64,000 nt of DNA from Octopus sinensis (taxonomy: Eukaryota): contig NC_043002.1 of assembly GCF_006345805.1 (NCBI RefSeq), forward strand, positions 372,001 to 436,000. The letters are read 5' to 3'. This document shows, in pieces, positions 21,634-33,344 of this stretch (position 1 is its first letter; each line of letters begins with the position of its first letter). The notes below the pieces were generated by a model, which saw nothing but the letters and a program-made list of their open reading frames with translations, made no database searches and was not told the DNA's origin. The translations under genes were made by a program, and so were the position numbers.

Positions 21634-23094
21634 GGTATTAGGAAGGCAATCCAGTTGTAGAAGACATATCAAAGCAGACACTGGAGTTTGATGCAGTACT
21701 GTGGTTTGCCGGACCCGGTTAAACCATCCGCCCATGCCAGTATTGACTTGTAAAGAGTTAAATATACTTTGTAATATAGTACGGTTGCATAACAAAATAT
21801 GGTGTCCCCCCATGTTAATACGTAGATAACAGTTGCCAGGAATGTGTTTGACCTGTAAAATTGGTTTATTCAATAATGTCACACTGCTACTTTTAGTGGT
21901 TGTTTAAGCAATGAGTTTGTGGATGTGGTGCTGAGAAAGGAACAAGAACTCTGGAAATATCGTATATACACCCATCACCTATTTTCCCATCTTCAGTTGC
22001 ATTGTTGTTTACATTAGATGTATTCAGATACGAAACAAAACAAAATTTTCTATCGAAAATCTGTAGAGATGGCCTTCAGTGATTTAATAGCACTGCTAAC
22101 ACAGTAGGACACAATATTGACTTATAAAGTATTTAATATACCTTTTCTACAGCAGGATGCTCTTTGTAACCCTCACCATTTTATAGTGTACCCGGTGTAT
22201 TCTGCATGCCACTAACACTAGTGATGTCACCAAGTGACTTGTAAGATAGGAAAAGAAAAGGGAAAAAAACTTTACTGGGTGGGGGGGTGATATCAGGTGT
22301 TGAGAGGCTAAAGTATGATAGAGGGACAAGCACAGGTGTTTGGTTACAGAGGAGATATGAAGTTACCCTACATTATATAAGGATGGGAGTAACTGGGAAG
22401 GAGAAAAAGATGCTGGTGATGAAGTGCCAGAGTAAACTCTCAAGATATAAGAATAGAATGAGGATGATCTGGTATGATGGGAGTGTGAGAAGAGAATAAG
22501 AAATGATTAGAGATGAAGGTAGAAGTGATGAAGCAGGGTGGCAGTGCAGTTGATGGGAAATATCAGTATGGAGGGGGAGGGTGGAAAGTAAGGGAGATAG
22601 AAGTATCAGATGATGGAGAGTAGATCACAATCTAGGAAAAGGATGTGTAAGGTGTGAGGGAGGTGTAGAGTAACGGATGGAGGTCAGAGCTACAAAAGGG
22701 TGACTGTAGTGAGTGAGGTAGAAAGCAGATATGAGAGGGCACTGAGAATAACAGTGAACCTCAGATGATGTGTTGATGACAAGGTATGGTAGGCCTGGTA
22801 ACTGAAGGCATAGAAAAGAGGTGATTAGTGAAACTAGTGTGGGGAAGGATGAGAATGATGGATTGCAGTGGTTTGAGGGAGAGGAGGAGCAGGTAGAAGC
22901 ATTAACAAAACGTTTTTAGGATCTCGTTTCCACTGTGATTAAGGGGTCTTTTTGTGCACAGTGAATTATTTACGATCTCCATCCTTTCTCATTTCTGTGA
23001 GCCCCAACATCTTGAGATTAGCTTTCACTATTTCATCTCATGTCTTCCTGGGTTTCATCTACTTTACTCCTTTTATACAGTTGTCACCATCATC

Positions 23095-23260
23095 AGCATC
23101 ATCGTTTAATGTCCATTTCTACTTTGGTATGGACTGGATGGTTTGACAACAACTGGCAAGTCAGGAAACCGTACCAAGCTCTGCTGTCTGTTTTGGCAGG
23201 GTCTCCTCCACGACTGGGTGCCCTTGCTAAACTGAATCACTTTACCATGTGTTCTGGCTA
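23095..23260 (-). mobile_element. RTE 3'-tail repeat
   Basis: catcatcgtttaatgtcc...ggactggatggtttgac on the plus strand. Confidence 0.65.
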
Positions 23261-24045
23261 CTTTCTACATGGCATCAGCAGTAGTGGCATCACCAAGTAA
23301 CTTGCAGGACACAACTTCTCAAATGGGAAGAGTAGTATTGAGATACAGAGAGAAGGTTGTCTTGCATTGGAAGAGAAAAATGCCTACATCAGATGGAGGA
23401 GAGAAAGATAAAGATGTGGCAGAGAACATGTCCACCAGGTGGTGTAAATAGTGAAGCAGACTAGGGATTGGAAAGGGTGAGTAGGTGGGTTGAGTTCACA
23501 AGATTTTGAAAAGAGTAGGAGCCAGAGGTGGAAGGATATAATGAATGGGCACTAGTAGAGAGAGAGAGAGAGATGACACCTAAGCATAATGCCAAGTCTA
23601 TAGTTTCTTATCTTTCTAGCTCACCCATCACTCATCTCTTTATCTCTCATACCTTTTTATCATCTAGTCCCTACTTCTCCTACCTCTAATGCAGTTCTCC
23701 ATTGCTCCTACCTCTATCCCTCTTTTCTCAATTACTTTCTCTCTTCTTTTCACTTTCACGGTCAAAAGGATTACAGCTGGCAGTGAGTCGGTCCCCATTC
23801 ATTGTACTTTACTTACAGAAATGTCACTAGTCCTCTCTCATCCTCTCACCCTCTCACCCTCTCCAGCATGTTTCATTACTCTTTGCTATCAACATCCATC
23901 ATTCTCCCACTCATTCTACTACCATTTCATCCCAATCACTGTTTTTCTCCTGCCCATCATGGATCTCTTCCATTCAGTTCCTCAACTATGAAGCCCTGAG
24001 TGAAAAAAAAACAGAGTGGTAGGAACTCTCTATTCTTATATAGTA

Positions 24046-25230
24046 CTAGCAGTATAACCCGGCTTTGCTCGGGATTAACTTATGATTATTAAGCTAATCA
24101 AGTTTTATTTCAAACCAAACTAAGTAATATTGACGTCAAATTTGGGAGAAATCAGTTGAAATTGGTTTATATATATTGCATATGTTTTTTGCATGCATAC
24201 ATGTTCATAAACAGAAATGAATGGAAAAAATGTTGGTAAATTTGTAGATCAACACTTGCACGATTTTCATTAAGAAAAAAAATCGTTTTTTTTGCGTGGA
24301 ATCAACTAATCTGGCCTCCTAATATGCTACAAAACCCTTTTTGTGGTTCGTAAAATGGAGTGGGGTGTGGTGGAAGCCTTGGAAATTGTACCCATTCATA
24401 TTGTGTAATTCACTGACAAACTGTTACCTACCTCTTTGTTTTTTTGTTGTTAAATAAATGGATTCTCGACAAAACACTTTTTTACTCGGTGTAAAATAAA
24501 AACAAAACTCTTTCGCACCCAAAGTAATGTGTGTGTGAGAGAGAGGGGGGGGAGAAAGATGAACGATTTCAAATAAATAAATGATTTAAAATAAATATAT
24601 TGTAATTGTGTGAGAAAGTATATATACTATGATTATAAAATATACTGTCTTTCAAAAACATCCTAAATTTGAACACTATATCTCATGTTTAAGAAAAAAC
24701 AAAACATTTTACATTTTATTTTTTATGAACGTTGTCACTTACTCTCCCCCCCTCTCTCTCTCTCACTTTGTCTTTACCTTTTGTTAGACACTGTCAAACC
24801 CTCTGCCTCTCTTCCACTTTTCTTTACCTTGTTTTTTTTTTTGTCAGACGCTGTCAAACTACCTCCCACTCTTCCTTACACATACTTTTTCTTTACTTTT
24901 TTTGTTACACGTTGTGAAACACTCTCTCTCACACACACACACATCAACACACAACTTCTCTCTCTCCCTCACACACACACTTTCACTTGGCTGTGGCTAG
25001 AAGGGACTTAACTCATGTTAGTAACCTTCAAAATTGGTAAAAGCTATGGCTGAAAATAGATTTTTACCACTATCTGCGGATGCCTCGGGAAAAAAATAAG
25101 TTGACAAAATCCAGGTAGGATGTTGACGAATGTCCTCCTAAAATTGGAGTGACATGTGTGCTAATTTGTGGATGTGCTAAATCACAATCACGTACACACA
25201 CACACACGTCATGCCTTTTATAAATAGAGA
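24046..25230 (-). mobile_element. Non-autonomous Helitron-like element
   Basis: Minus strand begins A|TCtctatttataaaag and ends with hairpin cccgagcaaagccggg plus CTAG|T (A/T insertion site, no TSD). Confidence 0.8.
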
Positions 25231-25512
25231 TAAAGAAACTACATGTTAAGTGGCTGTTAAGAGAACTGAGAAATGGAATGAAGAGGATCTTCTGGTCTCA
25301 TCAAGGACATAATAATCCTCTCTACTGTTGTTGCCATGATAAAACCCAGGCCAAAGTTGGAAACTTTGAAGTAAGATGTAGTCCTTCAGCCAATCTATCC
25401 GAAATCATTTGTCCAACGCTACCAGCAAGGAAAGCAGACATAAAACAGTAGTGATGATGATGATGATGATCAGAGCAAATCAATTATTTGATTCAACCTA
25501 AATACATTCATA

Positions 25513-28053
25513 CAGTCATGGCCAAAAGTTTGGAACATTTGTTTAAAAATTAAAATTGTTCTGCCCAAGTACAATTCAATTCAAATATATACAATGTAGA
25601 GATATACTTACCTAATAACTGATCTAATGGTAAAATATCTAGAAGAAAATATACTCAGACCCAACTTTCAGCCAAGTAATAAGATATTGCAGATTAAATA
25701 TAACTTTGGGCATTTAATATAAAAATTCTCATTTTCAGATCCATGTTCCAAACTTAGAGCCAAGGGGTTTGCTACCTCAACAGCTCCTTTATAGGATCCA
25801 GTAGCTAAGGACATCATCAAGAGGAACTACGTCTGGTTTCGGCCCCTACTCCTCTACCGTTTTCGACATGGTGGAGGCCCCATCCTTTTGGAGGTGTCTT
25901 CAGCTCTGGTATTGAATGTGTTTCTTCTGTTCTTTGGTTTCTTTGATGCAGCATTAACGAAAGTCAGTGGGCGACTGACCATCCAGCCAAATTAACCTTT
26001 AAATACTTGCCGGTAGGCTCCAGCAGCCAGCACCAACCAACTGTCATGTGACACTGTCTAAGCTTTAACTGACCAATGGAGGGGAAGGCACGTAGTTTTA
26101 GCCTGCGCCCTCTCCAGACTTGCCTTCCAACAGTGTTGTGCTAGTTTCAGTTATAGCAGCCAGAGCCGACCAGCTGTTTGGTGGTACAAGCCTTTGAACC
26201 AGGAGGAGGAGACACTATGAATGAGATCGCTACCTTGGCCCACCTGTCAATCAGTGATGCTGCTCAAGTGTCAGCCAGCCTCACCTAGTGATGCTATTTC
26301 CCAGTCAACATGTTATGGCTTTCAAGCCATTTTGGGGCTTCTCGCTTCAGCCATATACAGAAGCTGGCTTTTTCGACCAACTCCTGTATCCTCCTTATTA
26401 CTTTTCTCAGCTCTGAGCTTGAAAATGCAAACCTTCTTTTAAATAATGTCATCATTTTACTTTCAATGAAGCCTCTAGCCCCCACTGTCCGGTGGTAATA
26501 CTTGACAGTCCATCCCTGTTCTCTGCACTCTTCGATTAATCTTTCATACCTCTTCTCCTTCTGTTGCCCTGCATTAGCAATGTTCTCTTTCCATAACACT
26601 GTCAACTCTAGCAAAATTCCAATCTCCGTTCTGTGTTCCATAGGACTAAGTCCGGTCTTTTTGTTGTTTTTATGAGTGGAAATATTAACAATCTTTCCAA
26701 ATCTGTGACCACCTCCCAGTATCCCTTCCATCTTTTGTCTGTCTTGTATATTTTATTTGAAGTCCTTTTCTCTCCTTCTGGAAATATATTTTCCCACGCT
26801 TTTCCACTTTTGGGTACTCTTCCCTATTATATACCTCGATCTTCTCCTTGAGTGCTGCGCTTATGGCGCCGAGGACTTGGATTGTGACGCCATGTATATC
26901 TGTCTAGTCTGCAGTTTGACAGAACATGTCTCACCATCGCTTTCTCTCCGCATCTACATTCATCAGTTGTTTGTAGGTTCAGGTGGTTTCTTCAGCCCAT
27001 GCACTTCCGGGAGTACTTTATTTCTATCAGAGTCGCTGTATGTCCCCTTAACATTGTGTTCAAGCTCTTCTTTAGTGCAATCCAATCTTCCATTCTTATT
27101 TTCAGTAAACAAACATTTCTCATATTGGTACGGGTTGTTTACAAAGTTCTTTTCTCTTTCCTTTCTTCTGTTCTTCCTTCTTTTTTTAGCTGCTCTCAAT
27201 GCTTCTTTTCTTTATCTCTTCATATAGCTGCTTTAGCCCTTCTCTTTCCTCCTCCTTTGCCTCCCTCCATCTGGTTCTGAGTTTTTTTTCTCTCTCCTTT
27301 CTTCTACTCTTCCTTCTTTGTTTCCTTAGCAGGTCTCGATGCCTCTCTTTTATCTCTTCATATAGCTGCTTTAGCCCTTCTCTTTCCTCCTCCTTTGCAT
27401 CCCTCCATCTGGTTCTGAGTTTTTTCTTCTCTTTTCCTATCTTTGCAATCCATCTTTCTCTCCTCGATGGTCGGCCCTTTTCTGATGATTCTCCATTCCC
27501 TGTTCTTTCAAATCCAATTCTTTTCTCTCCATCCTGATAGTTTATATTAGCCAAGTTCTTGAGCTTTTGTTCATTGTCCCCTTTGAATTTGGCGGTCATT
27601 CTTGCTACCTCATCGGTGAAATTTTAAAACTTTTTTATAGCTTGCCTTTGGCCACTTAATCTTTGGCTTTTGCCTATCCCTTTTCTTGCTGGAATGACCC
27701 TCACTATGCTTTCTTTCCAGCAGGTTCTCGCCACACATCTTATAGTTTTTCAACCTGTGCTGTTGAATCATTCCCTTAGTGAATTCTCAGCCTGATCTAA
27801 CTAGAAAACACCTTTCCGCAGCAGCTGAATTCTTCATCTACCTTTCCTTTACTGCTTCCTTTCTCGTTGTCAATTTCCAGTCTGGGTCCATTTCTCTTTC
27901 TGTTCTTGTTTAATCCTTTCTTCTCTCCCAGTGCTCCGGGATCATGGGAGCATGGTTTATCATACAAGATATTGCAGATTAAATATAACTTTGGGCATTT
28001 AATACGAAAATTCCAATTTTCAGACCTATGTTCCAAACGTTCAGCCATGACTG
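25513..28053. mobile_element. Non-autonomous Tc1-like element interrupted by a HERO-like LINE
   Basis: TA|CAGTCATGGCCAAAAGTTTGGAACAT at the left, ATGTTCCAAACGTTCAGCCATGACTG|TA at the right. Confidence 0.75.
25754..27965 (-). mobile_element. HERO/NeSL-type LINE (restriction-like endonuclease) with the RT domain deleted
   Basis: IKWPKA, NPYQY..LF.E.KNGRL.C.KEELE, TYSD, RYTWRHN.VL, RPDLVLW and ELTV.W.EN...KRY..L..EC...GW...VGARGF. No RT motifs lie between them. Confidence 0.8.
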
Positions 28054-28138
28054 TAGCCCATGTTTTATTAACCCTGAAAAGAAAAAAGGCAAATTCAGCC
28101 AGAGCACAATGGATTTAAATGAATGGAAACCAGCTTAC

Positions 28139-28264
28139 CTTTGGTAAGTAACCAAGTAATTTAGAGGCATGCTCTTGCAGTAATTTTTGTCTTTCTTCTT
28201 CAATGATTTTTTGCCGTTCATTTTCCATTTCTTGCAACATTTTCTGTTCCATTTCATCCTCTTC
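28139..28264 (-). CDS. MNS1: MNS1 coding exon (126 nt)
   Basis: ttacAG / GTaagc. Encodes EEDEMEQKMLQEMENERQKIIEEERQKLLQEHASKLLGYLPK (cf. human IIEEERLKLLKEHATNLLGYLPK). Phase 0/0. Confidence 0.95.
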
Positions 28265-28287
28265 CTGTAAATAACACAAATAAAATG

Positions 28288-28324
<37 letters not shown>

Positions 28325-28327
<3 letters not shown>

Positions 28328-28894
28328 AGAGCATAATGTTTTGAGTGGCACGGTGGTTCAAAAATGGAAGAATGTCCCTGGAAGATGATGGGTGATATGG
28401 TAGACCTGCCATGAGTGTCACCTCAAGAAATGTAGTATTGAGCATTGAGAATTTGTAGCCCAGGGCCAGACTGTCAATCAAGAGTTCTACTGTGAAGTTT
28501 TGAAGCATCAGAGAGAGGACATTTATGGAAGCAACAAGATCTGTGCAGCACAAATAATTGGATTCTTCACCAAAAGCAACATACTATTGCTTTTGAACCT
28601 ACCCTATTTGCCAGATTTAGCCCCTGCAGACTTCCATGTCTTTCCCAAGATGAGAATGCAGCTCAAAGGTTGCCATTTTAACCCTGTCACTGAGATCCAG
28701 AGCGAATCACAGAAGGTCCTTGATTCACATATAGAAAATGACTTCCAGGCCAGATTCCAAAAGTGGCAGAAACACTGGGACTGGTGTATTGCTGTGCAAG
28801 GTGACTGTTTCAATGGAGATGAGGTTAAAACTTTGGTAAATAAGTTATTTTTTATTAAACATAACTGGTCTGGGAACCTTTTGATACCACCTCG
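28325..28894 (+). mobile_element. Mariner (DD34D) transposase remnant with right TIR
   Basis: YLPDLAPADFHVFPKMRMQLKG...FQKWQKHWDWCIAVQGDCF; ends ttgataccacctcg|TA. Confidence 0.8.
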
Positions 28895-29671
28895 TATAGG
28901 GAGGGGGTTGCAGCAGGGTTAATGAAAAATTTTTTTTATTGTTTTTATATTACATTTCATTTACTGTTTACAAATAAAGGAAGCGGGGATTGTAATTTCC
29001 AAAATGTTTTTGTAACCTTCAAAGCTTCTCTCATTGTTTTAAGAACAATGACCAAAATTGGTACCTCCCCCTCCACCTTCTGCTCCTACTCCATCATTCA
29101 CAAGGGTGTGGTGAAGAAAAAGTTGAAAAATCCCTGTCAAAACAGAAAATTCAACTTATGTGGGCGTGCTATTCTGAAAGACTGTCAAGGCATTCGATTG
29201 CGAAAATTACCTGGCACCAACAGGTAACTCAGGTAGTTACATATAAATGCATATTATAGAGAAAGGCGGTTGCAAACTCCTCAAAGCTCTGGAACTCTTG
29301 TAACAGAATCCAACTACAAGATGCAGTTTTAAGTTATACACATAAAAACGTACATATGCATACACACACACACATACATGAGACAGGCTTTTTTCAGCTC
29401 CCACCTGCCAAATTCATTCTCAGGGGTTTGTTTGGTCTAGGACTATAGTGAAAGAACCCAAGCCAAGTGACTGGGAAGCAAACTTTTTACTATACAGCTG
29501 TACTATACGCTTAATATATAAAATGCACCCAGTCCACTCTACAAAATGTATGTATGTATGTATATATAGCTACTTCATAAATGTGAGTGTATGTGGATAT
29601 GTATGTGTGTTTAGCTATAGAAAACATGCCAAAGTAGACAGTGGAACTTGGCACAGTCCTCTCACTTATCA

Positions 29672-29945
29672 TCTCTTATTATAAAAGGCAGATTTTATCT
29701 GCCTCCCTTTGTCAGTTATAGAAATCTACAATATAGGATTTCTTCAATTACAATTTACCTAGCATTTTTAAGAGTAGAATGCATCGGGTTTTGCCAGGTC
29801 CAGTTTTTAAAATTTAAACTCCAATTAAGCAAAATTTACAGAAAACTCACATTCTGGTGTGTATGTCAAATGCTTTTCTTAGTCTGGTTTACAGCACACG
29901 CAAACGCACACACACAGTGTGCAACGAATAAAGTGAAACTAGATG
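29672..29945 (+). mobile_element. Helitron-like 5' fragment (second copy at 41771-42035)
   Basis: A|TCtcttattataaaaggcag start. Near-identical about 270-bp copy at 41771. Confidence 0.55.
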
Positions 29946-30150
29946 TAATATTTGTTTCTGTCTATCACGCTGATAGATACATGAGTAAAATGTATGGCAA
30001 GCTAACAGATAAGAGTGAGTGAAAATGTTCTTGGAAGAGAGTAAATAGCGACAGATTGATTTGAGGAAGACTAAACTGAAAGTATGAAACAGTGTTTATG
30101 TATAAACAGACGACACTTATATATAGTTATAAATGTATGCATCCATTTAA

Positions 30151-30476
30151 CCCTTTCGTTACCAAACCGCCCGAATTTACCTATTCATATTTAAATGAGA
30201 ATATCAGAGTAAATCTCTTTAGTACATTCGTGAAAACACGTATTATACTTCGTAAACACTTCAAATACAGTTTTGTACAAAAATCGAAGTGTAATTTTAA
30301 TTCTGTGAATTATGGGAGATTTTTTTCCGAAATTTGTTCCTATTGTGTTTTCAAAATTTGTAATTCTGACAAAAAATGGATACGAATTTCATTATATCAA
30401 GCAGCGAGTCAGAATTCGAAGGATTTTCTACTGAAGACCTTCATAAATCTAACTCTATGACTGAAAAAAAAAAGCA
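30151..30476 (+). mobile_element. piggyBac-derived element, left part only
   Basis: TTAA|CCCTTTCGTTAC; near-identical to the start of 37141-38207. Confidence 0.8.
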
Positions 30477-30839
30477 TCTTTATATAAGAGTGAAGTTGTG
30501 TGTCTGTCTCCTACGATTTAGATTCGTAACTACTCCCACATTTTGCGGTGCAGTTTAACCAAAAGCGGGTATCTTATAGTCGTGATTCATATCGAGCCCT
30601 TCTGGGTATTAGCGCGTGTCTACGATGAGTCTACGATTTAAAAAAAATTTACCATCATATTTTTCCATTTTAATGCATTTTTTTCGCTTTTATATAAGGG
30701 AAGTGTCAACGATTTAAAAAAAAAATTTACCTTAATTTTTTTTCAATTTTTAATGCATTTTTTTGCTATTTTTTGGCTATAACTCTCTAAAAATGCTTAT
30801 ATAGTTATTTCCCTTACAACCCGAGCAACGCTGGGCTAG
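30477..30839 (+). mobile_element. Non-autonomous Helitron (same family as 43333-43726)
   Basis: A|TC start; cccgagcaacgctggg hairpin plus CTAG|T end. Confidence 0.75.
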
Positions 30840-31639
30840 TCTTCTATAAGTGTATATGCTGTACATCAAAGCTCAAAAAGCCTTGCCAAGACAATTGGCT
30901 AGTTTCCTGGATTCTGTGGCACACACACAGAGTGTGTCAGAAAGAAACAGCACTAGGCCACAGAAAGTTTCAGCATGGATATGGTAGATGTTTGTGAGAA
31001 GAAGACCAAAATTGAGAGGTCATTTTGTTTTTTATTTTGCAGGGTTGGTTTGAAGGAGATTTAGTTGCTACTTATATATACTATAATGGAGGAAGCTGTT
31101 TTTTAAGTAGTTGAAGTTATGTATCTTTTACTAAAAGAATGCAATTATTAAATGCTAGACTGTATGAAAATTTTTTATAAATTCCAATTTTAATATTTTA
31201 TCAAAATGCAGTTTTAAGCTTCTTTTATTACCGAATTTTCAAGTATTGTTCCAATCACTAATCATATTCAATGCTTCAATTTAGGGCAGGGGTTTTTAAC
31301 CTCTACTTCTGTAAATGCAAAAGTTGCCCAAATATTTGCAATGCTACCTTCTACAAATAAGTTTAATCCAGTGATATATGAGTGACTGAGGAAGGGGAAT
31401 AAAACAAGAAGTTGCAGAACAATGTGTAGGAATCTATGGAGAGGGAAAGATATAGGTACATAAGGGGCTATTGTAGGTGGGTTTTGATGGCAGATAAGTT
31501 AAAGCATTTAAAATGATAGCAAAGGGGAAAAGAGGGGCAGTGACTGAACGCACAGAAAGGAGGTGATTGGTTGGAATGGTGGGGGTTGGAAGTAGTTTGG
31601 GGTGTGGGATGTAATACGTGCAATAAAGTACCTTTGAAT

Positions 31640-31987
31640 CATCATGCAATATGTTGCACTTGAGAGGACCTATTGAGTTAAGTAAAATCAAAATGGAAAT
31701 TGTTGTTGTAGCTGATACCAGTGCCACCTGACTGGCACCTGTGCTGGTGGCACGTAATAAGCACCATTTAAGCGTGGGTCAATGCCAATGCCACCTGACT
31801 GGTTCCCTGTGCCGGTGGCACGTAAAAAGCACCCACTCTTAGAGTGTTGCCATTAGGAGGGGCATCCAGCTGTAGAAATCTTGCCCGATCAGACTGGGGC
31901 CTGGTGCAGCCTACTGGCTTGCCAGTCCTCAGTCAAACTGTCCAACTCATGCCAGCATGGAAAACGGACGTTAAACGATGATGATGA
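31640..31987 (+). mobile_element. RTE 3' UTR/tail copy with two hairpin units
   Basis: ttgagaggacctattgag...ggtggcacgtaa...gttaaacgatgatgat. Confidence 0.8.
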
Positions 31988-32678
31988 AGAACAAATAATT
32001 GGTGCATAGATGAAATGGGTATACTGCACTCAGCTTTGATGTGACAACTGCAAGGGAGATAAAAGGAGGCTACAGAAAGGGCAAAAATATTCTGCCAAAA
32101 TCATTGTCAATCTCCAGTAAATAGCTGATGAAAGGAACTTGCCAGAGTGCAAACCATATGTAAAATAACAACAGCAATACCATCTTCATCATTGATAACA
32201 GAGATATATGCACATGTCACACATCAACATATCAGTCACTAGTAAAGTTTTTAATAAAAACTGTATACACAAAGTGCTGGATCTCTGGTTTGTAGCCAGA
32301 TGTTTCACCAGCTGCTTATGAGCTAATGACATAGTTTTATCACTAGAATTAGCAACCAAACCTTCCTTAAATCACACCCTATTGCCTTTAAAAAATATGA
32401 GGATACATTTAGGAATGTAACCCTAGATACAACTATGGAAAATTTTTTAAAATGGGATCGTTATCATAGCTGAGATACCTATTTATTTTTATTTTATTTT
32501 TTTATTTTATCTAGTTTCAGCTCACGAGCTGTGGCCATGCTGGGGCACCTATGATTACAAATGTGCAGAATCAAGGCTGATTTGGGACCAAACAACCAAC
32601 AACAGTAACAAGCTACCAGTTTGCCACAAGTCTACTTGATTGAGAATACACAAACACAATAACAAAACATGAACAGAC

Positions 32679-32813
32679 CTTCTCTCGAGCAATTTTCTCC
32701 CTCTTCTCTGCAATCAATCTTTCAATAGCTCGCTTGTGTTCCTGTATCTTCATGCGTCGTTTTTGTGCGTTCATCTGCTCCAGTCGGTCATCTTCAGCAA
32801 ATTTAGCCATCAT
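32679..32813 (-). CDS. MNS1: MNS1 coding exon (135 nt)
   Basis: tgatAG / GTctgt. Encodes MMAKFAEDDRLEQMNAQKRRMKIQEHKRAIERLIAEKREKIAREK, the hallmark MNS1/TPH-domain motif. Phase 0/0. Confidence 0.96.
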
Positions 32814-33344
32814 CTATCAAAAGAGATTAGAAACTTGCACTTATTCCTGGAGGACCAAATTGCAACACTGTTTTTATTCCTGTTTGTGACTATTTCTCAT
32901 CTCTCATATGACAAAGAATTTTGGGAAAGGCATGAACAATACTACCCCATCCCTTGAACCTTAGAGATACTACTGATTAGAAAAGGTGAACAATAGTATG
33001 ATTACTACACAGGTAGATGGTGTAAATACATATATTTCTATCTTGCTTAAAGCTTTACATAGTTTGTCATCAAGCTGCACCACAATAACAATATCCCACC
33101 TAAAAATGCAGCATATGACACTGTTACTATTTGTTTGCCCCCCCCCCATATATATATAAATCCTTTTATTTCTTCATTATTATTAACGCTTTTGTTCCTC
33201 GCTAGAACTTGCCAAATACAATTTTGTGAATGTACAAACAGCTTGTTCATTTATATAAAACATGTTTTTTGGGTGAGGTTCCAAGACAATGTAGGTATGT
33301 AGGTGGGTGGGTAGGTAGGTGGTAGGCCGATGGATGGATGGATG

